Source of the DNA: Gallionellales bacterium GWA2_55_18
GTDB taxonomy: Bacteria; Pseudomonadota; Gammaproteobacteria; Burkholderiales; Gallionellaceae
Direction: 5' to 3'
Assembly: GCA_001801055.1 (NCBI GenBank)
Contig: MGWP01000012.1
Coordinates: 1-56,024, forward strand
DNA length: 56,024 nt
Every line of letters starts with the position of its first letter. Position 1 is the stretch's first letter. Shown here in pieces: positions 34,101-42,869 of this stretch. The position numbers and the translations under genes were made by a program. The notes below the pieces were generated by a model. That model was not told the DNA's origin, did not search any database, and was given only the letters and a program-made list of their open reading frames with translations.

Positions 34101-35624
34101 TCCGGCGGGGAGGTTGACGGCGGCGTTGACGTTGTAAGTGTTGTTACCGCCGCCCCATGCCGAAGCTTGACCATATTCCAGCGCGAGGCTTGCGCTGCCG
34201 GAGCCGTTCAGGTTGGCGTTGATGTTGATGTTGTTTTGCGCGTTGAGGGTGAGCTTGTTGGCCGACCAGGTCACCACATCATTCACGTTGACATCGCCCA
34301 ATGTTCCGGTGCCACCGCTGGTACTCAAGATGCTGAAATTTCCACCTGACAGTGCCGTGCTGACGGCAGTCCCGGTCATGTCACCGCCAGTGGCAGCGAT
34401 GGTGAAGTCGAACGGGTCAATCAGCCAGATGCCATTTATGCCGTTGTCTGCAAGGGTGGTAACGCGCGCGGTATCCGCCACTTGCACATGCGCCGCACTG
34501 GTTTCGATGAAGCCGCCGTTGCCGTTCAAGGATGAGGCATCCAGCGTGCCACCAACCTTGACCATGCCACCCGCCATGTCGCCCATGAGCTTGATTTGCC
34601 CGCCGCCGTTGGCGCCGGAGGCGACGATGCTGCCGGTGTTTTCGACGATGGCGCCTTCGAGCAGGATTTCGCCGCCTTTCATGGTCAGCCCGATGGCGCG
34701 GATGATGCCGCTGTTGTTCACGACCCGATCCAGCGTTTCCCTCGCCTGCCCGGCGGTGAGCGTGATCTGGGCGCCATCAATGCTGCCGCTGTTCTCGATG
34801 CTCGCTTTGAGCGCGGCATCCTCGACACGGGCGCGGATGAGGCCGTCGGCGGTAAGATCAATAGCCACGGTGTTGCCCGCCGCCAGCGTGACGGTGGTGG
34901 CGATGATTTTCCCGGCGTTGTGTGTGGTGTTGCCGATGAGCGCTACACTGCCCAGCGCATTGATGGTTCCCTCGTTGCGGATGCTGCCTGAGCCGGGGTT
35001 GGTGAGCCGGTAATTGCCCGCCATGAAATCGCTGTTGCCGAGGCTCATCGTCGTAGCGAGAATGCCGCCGACATTGACCTGTGCCCCGCGTGCGAACAGC
35101 ATCCCGTTGGGGTTGCTGAAGAAGACCTGGCCGTTGGCGTTGAGTTTGCCGTATATCTCGGATGCGCTGTTGCCGCCGATGCGATTCAAAGCCACCGCAT
35201 TCGCATTGGGTTGGTTGAAATTGACCGTAGCGGAAGCGCCGATGTTGAAGCTTTTCCAGTCGATTGCCGCACGCTGGCTGGATTGTTGGACGATGAGGAT
35301 ATTGGCGACCTGGCTGATGGTCGCGCTGCCTGCGGTGACGCTCCCGCCGGTGGGCAGCGCGCCCACGTCGAGGGCGTGGGCGGGTGCGCCGATGATGGCG
35401 AGCGCGAGAGTAAGTGGGAGAAGTGCGTAGGATTGTGTAAACGATAATCGCTTCGACAGGCTCAGGACAGGCATGGTGGGCATAGCCCACCCTACGGTTG
35501 CTTCATCCGGTTTGGGGCTGGCTCCGACCGTGCTGCTGCGCTTGCCGCGCCCCTTGGCGATTTCGGCGACAGCCGCCCAGGTGTTGGCAATCTCGCTCCA
35601 GACAAGACGATAGATGTGGTTCAT
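31119..35624 (-). CDS. TpsA filamentous haemagglutinin-like exoprotein (ESPR, TPS domain, GLUG repeats, YDG/MBG, Thr-rich tail)
   Basis: MNHIYRLVW ESPR, IDWKSFNIG, NPNG, repeated YSTGTVSG..VGGLVG, RAYDG/KTYDG. Confidence 0.92.
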   Translation of the reverse strand: MNHIYRLVWSEIANTWAAVAEIAKGRGKRSSTVGASPKPDEATVGWAMPTMPVLSLSKRLSFTQSYALLPLTLALAIIGAPAHALDVGALPTGGSVTAGSATISQVANILIVQQSSQRAAIDWKSFNIGASATVNFNQPNANAVALNRIGGNSASEIYGKLNANGQVFFSNPNGMLFARGAQVNVGGILATTMSLGNSDFMAGNYRLTNPGSGSIRNEGTINALGSVALIGNTTHNAGKIIATTVTLAAGNTVAIDLTADGLIRARVEDAALKASIENSGSIDGAQITLTAGQARETLDRVVNNSGIIRAIGLTMKGGEILLEGAIVENTGSIVASGANGGGQIKLMGDMAGGMVKVGGTLDASSLNGNGGFIETSAAHVQVADTARVTTLADNGINGIWLIDPFDFTIAATGGDMTGTAVSTALSGGNFSILSTSGGTGTLGDVNVNDVVTWSANKLTLNAQNNININANLNGSGSASLALEYGQASAWGGGNNTYNVNAAVNLPAGNNFSTKLGSAGSPAKNYTVITSLGAAGSVTAMDLQGMNGGLAANYALGSNIDATATSTWNFVSGTTYAGFLPVGTFTGNFDGLGHTLTWLTINRPATDNVGLFGYTNGTIRNVGLVGGSITGRNQVGGLAGLNGTGTITNSYSTGTVTGIGTTGYVGGLVGYNTATVVSSYSTGTVSSGSGNYVGGLVGGNASGSAAIYYSYSTGTVSGANNVGGLLGNNGGAIYSSYSTGTVSGSASNVGGLVGGNTGTITNSYSTGGVTGTSNVGGLVGMNAGGTVSNNFWDTITSGWATSAVGTGLTTTAMMTQATYPQAGGQWDFTNKWYMVEGSTRPILRMEYSTTISNAHQLQLIGMNLAANYTLANDLDLAAALANPNDIWGTASVAGVGGATLTVATGITSGFAPIGDVTTQFTGTFNGLNHTISNLAINRPAAGYVGLFGNIATGGTVSNLGLLTSNVIGSDFVGALAGTNNGNISNSYVSGGTVNGGNSDVGGLVGYNNGSISNSYSSGVTVGSNRYVGGLAGENSGTITDTYSSGGTVSGTSYFGGLVGANWNIVDTSYSTNAVAAGGSNGGGLIGWEEGFASNNNYWDVQASGRATSSGPETGLSTAQMTAMSNFTAAGWDIANTGGSGAVWRIYEGHSAPLLTSFLTPLTLADAPDVAVTYNGMAQSGASSMPDIGNFFGVAATGTNAGFYNGYYSNQQGYDLTGGNLTINPVALSAISLNGTRAYDGTTNVNANIFTLSGLVSGQDLTLSGVGILANPNVGANKPVTLNTLALGNGTNGLASNYTFTGGTQVATITPAPLTVTANAAGKTYDGFAYSGGNGVSYVGFVNGENSSVLSGTLGYGGTAQGAVNAGSYAITPTGLTANNYSLAYIDGTLTITAVPPPPVTTSTTTTTVTDAIASMIQTTVLAPTTMTTTMTTTTAPSGTTETQTTVSTTSSGTSTTTTTVTDAIVSMIQTITVANFVIRRPVEEIIQIDRPMGQALVCRKGG
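35449..35495. repeat. Two different REP-like units inside the tpsA signal region
   Basis: CTTCGACAGGCTCAGGAC (family of 44785-44846) and GGTGGGCATAGCCCACCCTAC (GTAG REP on the minus strand). Confidence 0.72.
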
Positions 35625-35659
35625 GGGCTCACCTCTGCAATGATCTCATTCAATTTCTC

Positions 35660-37402
35660 TCACCACGTATAGGCCATGCTGAACCATAGCCTCGGTCTGT
35701 CGTTGTCCGTCGGGTTGGGTGCCTCTTTGCCCGCCCAAGCCAGAATCGCCGAAGCAGTCAAGCCACCGAAAACATTCCAGTCAATATTGACGCCAGAATC
35801 ACTGAGCCGCTTATGGTTGGAGGCGGCGGTGGACAACGGTGTATGGGCCAGGCGTAACCTGGCGTAGTCGGCGAACACGCCCACGGCCAGATCGTTGTAT
35901 ATTTGCCAGCGCAAGTTGAGTTTGGCTTGGCCTCCCGAATCACCGCTGGCTTCACCGTTGGCGTAGCCGGGCAGGGTGAGCGGACCGCCCAGGCTGAGTT
36001 TTTCGGAAGAATCGAGGTTTTTGTCGGCGAGTTGGTAATTGAGTTGCATTTGCAGGGAAACTTTCGGATGGATGGCCTGCTGGCGCATCAGCATCAGGTT
36101 GGCCTTGTTGAAGCCGCCTGCGGTTCCCGGCCCGGCAGGAAAGGCGTCAAGCGCCGCGCTGGTTGGCCCAAGTGATAACACGCCGTGGCGCCAGGCCAAA
36201 TCAATGCGGCTGGAGCCGCCACCCCAAACTTCATCCAGCCAGTCGCCGCTCAGGGTGGCGGTCAAACCACGGCTGCGCTTGCCCAAGTCCAAATCAACGC
36301 TAGCGATGCGATCATTGAGTTGGATATGATCCGCAACGATCTGGAAATTGAGATTCGATGCCCGGCTGCGCAGGAAGGGATAGGCGGCACCCATGCGTAT
36401 CGATTTGGCCTGTCCGCTGGCGTTCAGGCTGGCGAAATTACCGCCCAAAGAGTATTCGGCCAGCGAGGCGGCAGCAGTGAGGCGCCAACCGTCCCCGCCT
36501 ACAGGCAATTCGTAACGCAAGTTGTAGCTGGAGAGGTTGCCGGTCTCTGTGGCCATCACGTTAGCGCTCAGTTGGTCGCCAAGATTCCAGGGGCTGTTGC
36601 CGATCAGGCTGATGCCTACGCGTTTTTCTCCGGTGGAAGGGCTGCCGTGGTTGCTGACATCCAGCCGCCCGATCACCGGAGCTCCCATCGTCTGGGCCAG
36701 GACGATGTCGGTGCTGCCGGGCGTCTCTCCGGCCTGAAGATCGAGCACGGCACGTTCACCGGCCAGTTCATTGATGAGCAGTATCTGGCGCTCGACATTT
36801 GCCATGGTAACCGCTTGGCCTTTGGGTATGCGGTCGAGGTACTTGAATACCACATCGGGATTGACCCGGCTTTCCCCTTCGAGACGGGCTTCACCCAGCT
36901 TGCCTTCGGTGATCAATATCTCGATGTCGCCGTCCCTGATTTTTTGTGGCGGCAGGTATGCCTGAGCCAGGAAGTAGCCCGCTTCCTTGTAGCGCGCTTC
37001 GACGGCTTCTACCGCCTCCATGAGTTCGCCGAAATTAAGCGGGCGTTGTGCCCATTGGGCGACAGCGGCCTGCAGGGTTTCTTGGCTTAACGCGCTATTG
37101 CCGGAGAAGGTAAAGTGGGTGACGTTGACCCTGGCGTCATATGGGGATGCCGCCGCCGGAGGTGGCCGGCTGGGCGCCGGAGCCTGAATCGGCGGTAATG
37201 TGCCGGGAACGGAAAGCTTGGGCTGCCCCAGTTGCTGTGACTCTTGCAATACGCGACCGGCATCGGGAGTAACTTCGGCAAGAGCGGGTATGGCTGTTAA
37301 GAAAAGCGCGCACCATGCTACTCGGGCCAAAGACGGTAGCAGCGATGCACAGGCATGCTTTGAGTGCGTTTGTTTATTTCTCACTAACATTTCGGAGTTC
37401 AT
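35660..37402 (-). CDS. TpsB (ShlB/FhaC/HecB) two-partner secretion transporter
   Basis: POTRA YKEAGYFLAQAYLPPQKI, NLDSSEKLSLGG loop, beta-barrel ending in aromatic W. Confidence 0.92.
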   Translation of the reverse strand: MNSEMLVRNKQTHSKHACASLLPSLARVAWCALFLTAIPALAEVTPDAGRVLQESQQLGQPKLSVPGTLPPIQAPAPSRPPPAAASPYDARVNVTHFTFSGNSALSQETLQAAVAQWAQRPLNFGELMEAVEAVEARYKEAGYFLAQAYLPPQKIRDGDIEILITEGKLGEARLEGESRVNPDVVFKYLDRIPKGQAVTMANVERQILLINELAGERAVLDLQAGETPGSTDIVLAQTMGAPVIGRLDVSNHGSPSTGEKRVGISLIGNSPWNLGDQLSANVMATETGNLSSYNLRYELPVGGDGWRLTAAASLAEYSLGGNFASLNASGQAKSIRMGAAYPFLRSRASNLNFQIVADHIQLNDRIASVDLDLGKRSRGLTATLSGDWLDEVWGGGSSRIDLAWRHGVLSLGPTSAALDAFPAGPGTAGGFNKANLMLMRQQAIHPKVSLQMQLNYQLADKNLDSSEKLSLGGPLTLPGYANGEASGDSGGQAKLNLRWQIYNDLAVGVFADYARLRLAHTPLSTAASNHKRLSDSGVNIDWNVFGGLTASAILAWAGKEAPNPTDNDRPRLWFSMAYTW

Positions 37403-37590
37403 TATTTACAACACGAACCCGTGCTGGCGACACTGCGTGCATAATGCTGGGCCTCACGATAAGCGCTAGCCCAATTACCAAATTTTCTTGGTCTTTCATT
37501 CATAACGGAAGATGCGATTCGTCGATGAGTGGCGTTTCATGGTTATTCGTTTCATATAGGCAACGGTGTCTTTCTACTCAACGAGCGTCC

Positions 37591-40500
37591 ATGAAACGTC
37601 CATTGCATGAACGCCGCATAAGCCGCCATAATTCGGCTATGGGGAAAAAACAGCTTGCCGGTTCTGAAAGCAAGGTATTGAGCCTTGCGCTGCTGGGGTG
37701 CTTCGATGCCCGTGTGGCGGGTGGTTCTCTCAATGTCGGCTATGCCAAGCTGCGCGGTTTGCTGGCGCTTCTGGCAATGTCGGCTGGGGTTCCCTTGCGG
37801 CGTGAATACCTGGCTGATCTGCTCTGGCCTGAAATGCCGGAGTTGGCAGGCCGCCAAAATCTGCGGCGGGCACTCTTCAATTTAAAATCCGCCATGGGTG
37901 GCGCAGGCCAACTGCTCTCTGCAAAGCGGGATGCGGTAACGCTGACCCTCCCGGATTCATGGACAAGCTCATGGCTGGATGTGGCGGAGTTCACCTCCAC
38001 CGCCCAATCTTGCATAACCGCCCCCACCCCGGCTTACTGCACCCCCTGCATCGCACAAATGGAACTCATGGCAGGGCTTTATCGCGGCGAATTCATGGCT
38101 GGATTCTCGCTGCCGGATTGTTCCGATTTCGAGGACTGGCTCCAGATACAGCGCGAATTCCTGCGCCGCCACGCCCTCGTCTTGTTGGAGCGTTTGTCGA
38201 ATTGCCACGAGCAGTTTGGTGCTTACGGAAGGGCGCTACCGTTCGCCTTGCGTTATACGGAGATGGAACCGTGGAACGAAGCAGGTCATCGCCGGGCAAT
38301 GCGTTTATACGCGCTAAAGGGTCAGAGCAGCGCGGCCATCGGCCAGTACGAAGCCTGCTGTCGCCTGCTAAAAAAAGAGCTGGGTGTATTGCCCGGCGAG
38401 GAGACCCTGCATCTGGCCGAACGTATCCGTAGCGGCGAAATAGGACGCGGGTCGCCCGCCATCGTCCCGGTGCTGCCGCTGCAAACCATTCCGCAACTCC
38501 CGACAGAGCGGCGCCAGGTAACCGTGCTGTACTGCGAATTAGCTCCCACTGCAACTGACGATCCCGATGAGGTGATGGCGTTGCTACGCATCCCGCAGCC
38601 CCGTTGCATGGAAATTATCCGGCAGCTTTCTGGGTATATCGTGCAGGCGCATGGCGGCGGCTTGCTGGCTTATTTCGGCTACCCGCAAGCGCGTGAAGAT
38701 GCCGCCCGCCGTGCCGTGCAGGCAGCCCTTGCCGTCATACGCGAAGCTGCTCATGGCATTGAGATTCGCGCGGGTGTGCATACCGGGCTCATCATCACCA
38801 GCGGCGAGTTGCTCATGCCGGACACGGCCGGCAAGACCTCCAGTGTCGCCATCCAGTTGCGTCATGGCGTAGCGTATAACGAGGTGGCGATCAGCCGGGA
38901 GACACGCGGCATTGTGGCCGGGTATTTCGATTGCACCAGCCTGGGCGTTCAATCCTTATCGGGCGTTGCGCGGCCTGTGGAAATATTCAAGGTGGCGCGG
39001 GAAAGTGGCGCGCACACCCGTCTTGATGCGGCAGCGCAGTTAACGCCCTTCACCGGGCGCAAAGCAGAAATCACCGAATTGATGGGGTCGTGGCAAAAGG
39101 CTGCGCAAGGTGTGTGCCATGCTGTGCTGATTCAGGGCGAGGCAGGCATCGGCAAATCCCGCCTGCTGCACACAGTGAAAGAGCGGCTGGCCGACAAGCC
39201 GCACGCGATACGCGAGTTGCGCTGCTTCCCGGAATTCAGCCAGTCACCGTTTTATCCGCTCATCGCGATGCTCGAAACTTTTTATGGTTTCGCGCACGGT
39301 GACACGCCCGGGGCCAAGTTCGACAAGCTGGCGAAGTTTTTTGAAATACATTACCCGGCAGCGGCGCAGCATGCCGTCCCCTTGCTCGCCCAGCTGCTTT
39401 GCTTGCCTCTCGGTGGAGATTGCCATGCCCCCGGTTTGTCGCCACAAAAGCAGAAGGAGCAGACTATCGCTCTCCTGCTTGGTCTGCTGCGGGCACTGGC
39501 TGCACAGCAGCCCGTATTGCTTATCGTCGAAGACTTGCACTGGATCGATCCCTCCATGCTGGAGTTGCTGACCCTGTTCGTCGAACAAAAAGAAAGCGTG
39601 CCTATTCTCTCGGTGTTCACTGCCCGGCCCGAGTTTATTCCACCATGGGACGAAGCACTTGTATCATCGTTGGCGCTTGCGCCTCTGGCCGAGAGCGAGG
39701 TGGCGGAAATGGTCGCTTCGATCAGCGAGGAGATTCCGGTATCGACAGTCCGCCGCATCGTGGAACGCGCCGATGGGGTGCCGCTGTTTGTCGAAGAAGT
39801 GGCAAAAATTGCAACGATGGACAATCAGGCAAGCATTCCAACAGCGCTGCACGATCTTCTGGCGGCGCGTTTGGATAACATGGGTGAAGCAAAATATACC
39901 GCGCAGCTTGCTGCCACCCTCGGTCGTGAGTTCGATCTGGATTTGCTGCGCAAGATTTCCCCATGCGATCCCGCCGTGCTGGTGACATCACTGGGCATAT
40001 TGCAGGATGCCGGATTGATATTGAAGATAAGCAAAACAGCCTGTCAATTCAAACATGCCCTGATTCAGGAAACGGCCTATCAATCCCAAGCTATGGCCGA
40101 CAGACAGGCTGCGCATCGACGCATCGCTCAAGCGCTGCAGAGCGACTTCCCCAGTGTTGCGGCAACCCGGCCCGAGCTGCTGGCACAGCACTTGTCCGCT
40201 GGCGGTGAGGCACAACAGGCTATCGAATACTGGATCAAGGCCGGTCAGCGCGCCGCCATGAATTCAGCCAATCTGGAAGCGATAGGGCATTTCAATTCCG
40301 GCTTGCAACTCCTGATGGCTTTGCCTGAAAATCAAGAGAGAGATCGGACGGAATTCAAAATACTGGTCAGCCTCTGCCCCCTTTTGTATGCCGTCAAGGG
40401 CTACGGCTCAGAGGGTGCCACACAGGCCAATGCACGCATTTCCGCCTTGAGTGGGCTGGTAGGCGATAGCCAGGAATTGTTCCATGCGAAATGGGTGCTC

Positions 40501-41502
40501 GTATTCAACACGATTACAAATTCGGGAGCCACTAAAATCGGTGCTCTGGAAACCGCAATACAGCTATTGGGCATGGCACATGACGACCCGCTGAGGAAAC
40601 AGGCGGCACACTATGCCGTAGCCAATGCCGCTTTCTGGCTGGGCGAGTTTGAAACTACGCGCATCCACACCGAACAGGCGATTTCGCTTCACCAACCGGA
40701 TCAGCGCCAGATGCTGATTGAACAATTCGGCGATGATCTGTCCGTAATTTACGAAATAATTCTGTCTCATGCGCTTTATTTCCTCGGTTTCCCGGGTCGC
40801 GCGCAACAGGTTTGCGAACAGATGCTCAAGAAGGCACGAAAGCATATATATCCCCATACCCTTGCGTTCGCGCTCAGTTTCTCTTCCCTGCTGTATCGCT
40901 GGTTAAACAAACCTGCGGAAACCTTATCGCTATCGGCCGAGGCTATCTTTATCTCACGACAACATGACTTCCCCGTTTGGCTGTCTGTGGGTGAAGTGAC
41001 ACACGGTTGGGCGCTTGTCATGCACGAAAAGAAGAAGAAAGGCATCGCTGAACTCAAGTCGGGCATATCAGGAATGCATGCAACAGTCTGTGGAGTGCAA
41101 GTAACGTTCCTGTCCCCCTTGGCTGAAATCTATGTGCATCTGAAACTTTACAATGAGGCACTCGGCCTGCTCGCGGAAGCATTGGCCGATGCGACAAGCA
41201 CCGGAGATGACCATTTCACCGCCGAGCTTCAGCGGCTCAAGGGGGTATGCCTGCTGGAAATTTCACCCTCCAACGCGGCGCAAGCCGAATCCTGTTTTGA
41301 TCAGGCACTCGCCATCAGCCGCAAGCAACAGGCAAAATCTATGGGGTTGCGCGCGGCTATGAGCATGGCGCGGCTATGGCGGCAACAAGGCAAGCAAGAT
41401 GAGGCACGGCACATGCTGGAAGAAATCTACAATTGGTTCACCGAGGGTTTCGACACCCACGATCTTCAGGAGGCATCAAAACTGCTGGCTTCACTCAGAT
41501 AA
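37591..41502 (+). CDS. SARP (HTH-BTAD) + degenerate cyclase + STAND AAA ATPase + TPR regulator
   Basis: LADLLWPE...NLRRAL, LYRGEFM, EPWNE; ERRQVTVLYCEL; GEAGIGKSRL, VEDLHWID, FKHALIQ; WFTEGFDT. Confidence 0.88.
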   Translation: MKRPLHERRISRHNSAMGKKQLAGSESKVLSLALLGCFDARVAGGSLNVGYAKLRGLLALLAMSAGVPLRREYLADLLWPEMPELAGRQNLRRALFNLKSAMGGAGQLLSAKRDAVTLTLPDSWTSSWLDVAEFTSTAQSCITAPTPAYCTPCIAQMELMAGLYRGEFMAGFSLPDCSDFEDWLQIQREFLRRHALVLLERLSNCHEQFGAYGRALPFALRYTEMEPWNEAGHRRAMRLYALKGQSSAAIGQYEACCRLLKKELGVLPGEETLHLAERIRSGEIGRGSPAIVPVLPLQTIPQLPTERRQVTVLYCELAPTATDDPDEVMALLRIPQPRCMEIIRQLSGYIVQAHGGGLLAYFGYPQAREDAARRAVQAALAVIREAAHGIEIRAGVHTGLIITSGELLMPDTAGKTSSVAIQLRHGVAYNEVAISRETRGIVAGYFDCTSLGVQSLSGVARPVEIFKVARESGAHTRLDAAAQLTPFTGRKAEITELMGSWQKAAQGVCHAVLIQGEAGIGKSRLLHTVKERLADKPHAIRELRCFPEFSQSPFYPLIAMLETFYGFAHGDTPGAKFDKLAKFFEIHYPAAAQHAVPLLAQLLCLPLGGDCHAPGLSPQKQKEQTIALLLGLLRALAAQQPVLLIVEDLHWIDPSMLELLTLFVEQKESVPILSVFTARPEFIPPWDEALVSSLALAPLAESEVAEMVASISEEIPVSTVRRIVERADGVPLFVEEVAKIATMDNQASIPTALHDLLAARLDNMGEAKYTAQLAATLGREFDLDLLRKISPCDPAVLVTSLGILQDAGLILKISKTACQFKHALIQETAYQSQAMADRQAAHRRIAQALQSDFPSVAATRPELLAQHLSAGGEAQQAIEYWIKAGQRAAMNSANLEAIGHFNSGLQLLMALPENQERDRTEFKILVSLCPLLYAVKGYGSEGATQANARISALSGLVGDSQELFHAKWVLVFNTITNSGATKIGALETAIQLLGMAHDDPLRKQAAHYAVANAAFWLGEFETTRIHTEQAISLHQPDQRQMLIEQFGDDLSVIYEIILSHALYFLGFPGRAQQVCEQMLKKARKHIYPHTLAFALSFSSLLYRWLNKPAETLSLSAEAIFISRQHDFPVWLSVGEVTHGWALVMHEKKKKGIAELKSGISGMHATVCGVQVTFLSPLAEIYVHLKLYNEALGLLAEALADATSTGDDHFTAELQRLKGVCLLEISPSNAAQAESCFDQALAISRKQQAKSMGLRAAMSMARLWRQQGKQDEARHMLEEIYNWFTEGFDTHDLQEASKLLASLR

Positions 41503-41554
41503 AACAGCAAGCACTTACTGCAAAGGCTGCGACACAAAGAAAGTCCGCTCTCCT

Positions 41555-42724
41555 CTAGCTCACCGGCTCCATCGCCCGCTGATAATACTTGAACGCCTCA
41601 TCGGGTTTGCCTAGCCGCTCGGCAAGCTGGCCTAACGCGGTGTAGGCCGCGTGGCTGGGCGATACGCTGATGCTGGCATCCAGATAGTTTTGCGCCTTGC
41701 CCCATAATTTCTGGTGCAGACACAGTTTGCCGAGCGCGAGCAGCAGCCCGGCATCGTCCTTGTGTTGTTTGAGCCACTTCTCCGCCTGTTCGATTTGCGC
41801 GACTCCATCATCAAGCTGGCAATCTCCGTACAGCGCGACCAGATCGCTGTCCCATTGAGCATTTAGGCTATCGGAAAGCAATTGTTGCGCAAGCGGGCTG
41901 CCGCCGTATTGGATCAGCGCACGTGCGGCCGTAGCGGCAATCGTGCTGCGCCGTTTGAAATCGGCGGGAATTTTTTTCAGGCAATCAGTCAACCCGGCTA
42001 AATCGTCCTGCTGGCGTATCTTCTCCAGCCAGGCCTGCTGGCGCAATTGCGCCGCCGCCGTCATATCGATCACTGCGCGCTTCTCCAACTGGTCAAGCAC
42101 GTTCAACACCTCATCCCAGTTACCTGCTTGTTGCTGCGCCTTCAGTTCCAGCGACAACGCGCCCGGATGCCCCTTGACGCCGTTGTCGCGCAACTCCAGC
42201 AGGGCATGCAGCGCGCCGCGCGGATCGCGCTGGTCGAGCATGAATTTGGCGGTCGCCATCAGGCGCATGGTGGCATCACCCGCCGATTTACCTTCAGCGG
42301 CGGACAAATAGGCATCGCGTTTTTCATATTCGCGCAATTCGTGCGCGGAGCGCGCCGCGATAATGGGATGCAAAGCGGAGGTGTCGCCCAACTCCATCGC
42401 TCGGGCGGAGGCTTTTTCTGCCGCCGCATAGTGCCCTTCGAAAAACGCGCCGAGCGCATCGTCCAACAGCTCGCGCGCCTTGCCCCGCGCGCGCTCCAGG
42501 CGGAATTTCCGTACATATGTCGGCAGTTGCAATGCGGCGATCGTCAGGCGCACCAGCCCGTAGCCCGATATGAACGCGAACATGGATAAGGCAATGAATA
42601 ACGTAAGCGACAACTCAATGCGGTACGGCGGATACACCAGCAGCACATAACCCGGATTATGTGAAGCCGTCACCAGCGCAACCGCAGCGGCGAACAGCAG
42701 CAGTATCCAGAGCAGGTATTTCAT
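41555..42724 (-). CDS. hemY: Heme biosynthesis-associated TPR protein HemY
   Basis: GYVLLVYPPYRIELSL, LGKLCLHQKLWGKA; follows hemX. Confidence 0.93.
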   Translation of the reverse strand: MKYLLWILLLFAAAVALVTASHNPGYVLLVYPPYRIELSLTLFIALSMFAFISGYGLVRLTIAALQLPTYVRKFRLERARGKARELLDDALGAFFEGHYAAAEKASARAMELGDTSALHPIIAARSAHELREYEKRDAYLSAAEGKSAGDATMRLMATAKFMLDQRDPRGALHALLELRDNGVKGHPGALSLELKAQQQAGNWDEVLNVLDQLEKRAVIDMTAAAQLRQQAWLEKIRQQDDLAGLTDCLKKIPADFKRRSTIAATAARALIQYGGSPLAQQLLSDSLNAQWDSDLVALYGDCQLDDGVAQIEQAEKWLKQHKDDAGLLLALGKLCLHQKLWGKAQNYLDASISVSPSHAAYTALGQLAERLGKPDEAFKYYQRAMEPVS

Positions 42725-42727
42725 CGC

Positions 42728-42869
42728 GTGAACCCCTGTAAATCCGTTTTGCGGGCGAATCGCGGCGTCGCGTGCTCGTTCGCTCCTCGCCTATCTATCC
42801 GATATGTCTCGTCGTTCACTGCGCGGCTCCTTGCGTTTCATCCCGTAAAACGGATTTCTAGGGGTTCCC
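42728..42869. mobile_element. MITE between hemX and hemY
   Basis: Imperfect ~28-bp TIR GAACCCCT(GT/AG)AAATCCGTTTT(G/A)CGGG, flanked by direct TCGC(G). Confidence 0.85.

Noticed and set aside
37315-37590. N-terminal extension of the 1395-aa ORF
   Set aside because: It overlaps the divergent tpsB start and promoter space; ATG 37591 or 37639 is more plausible
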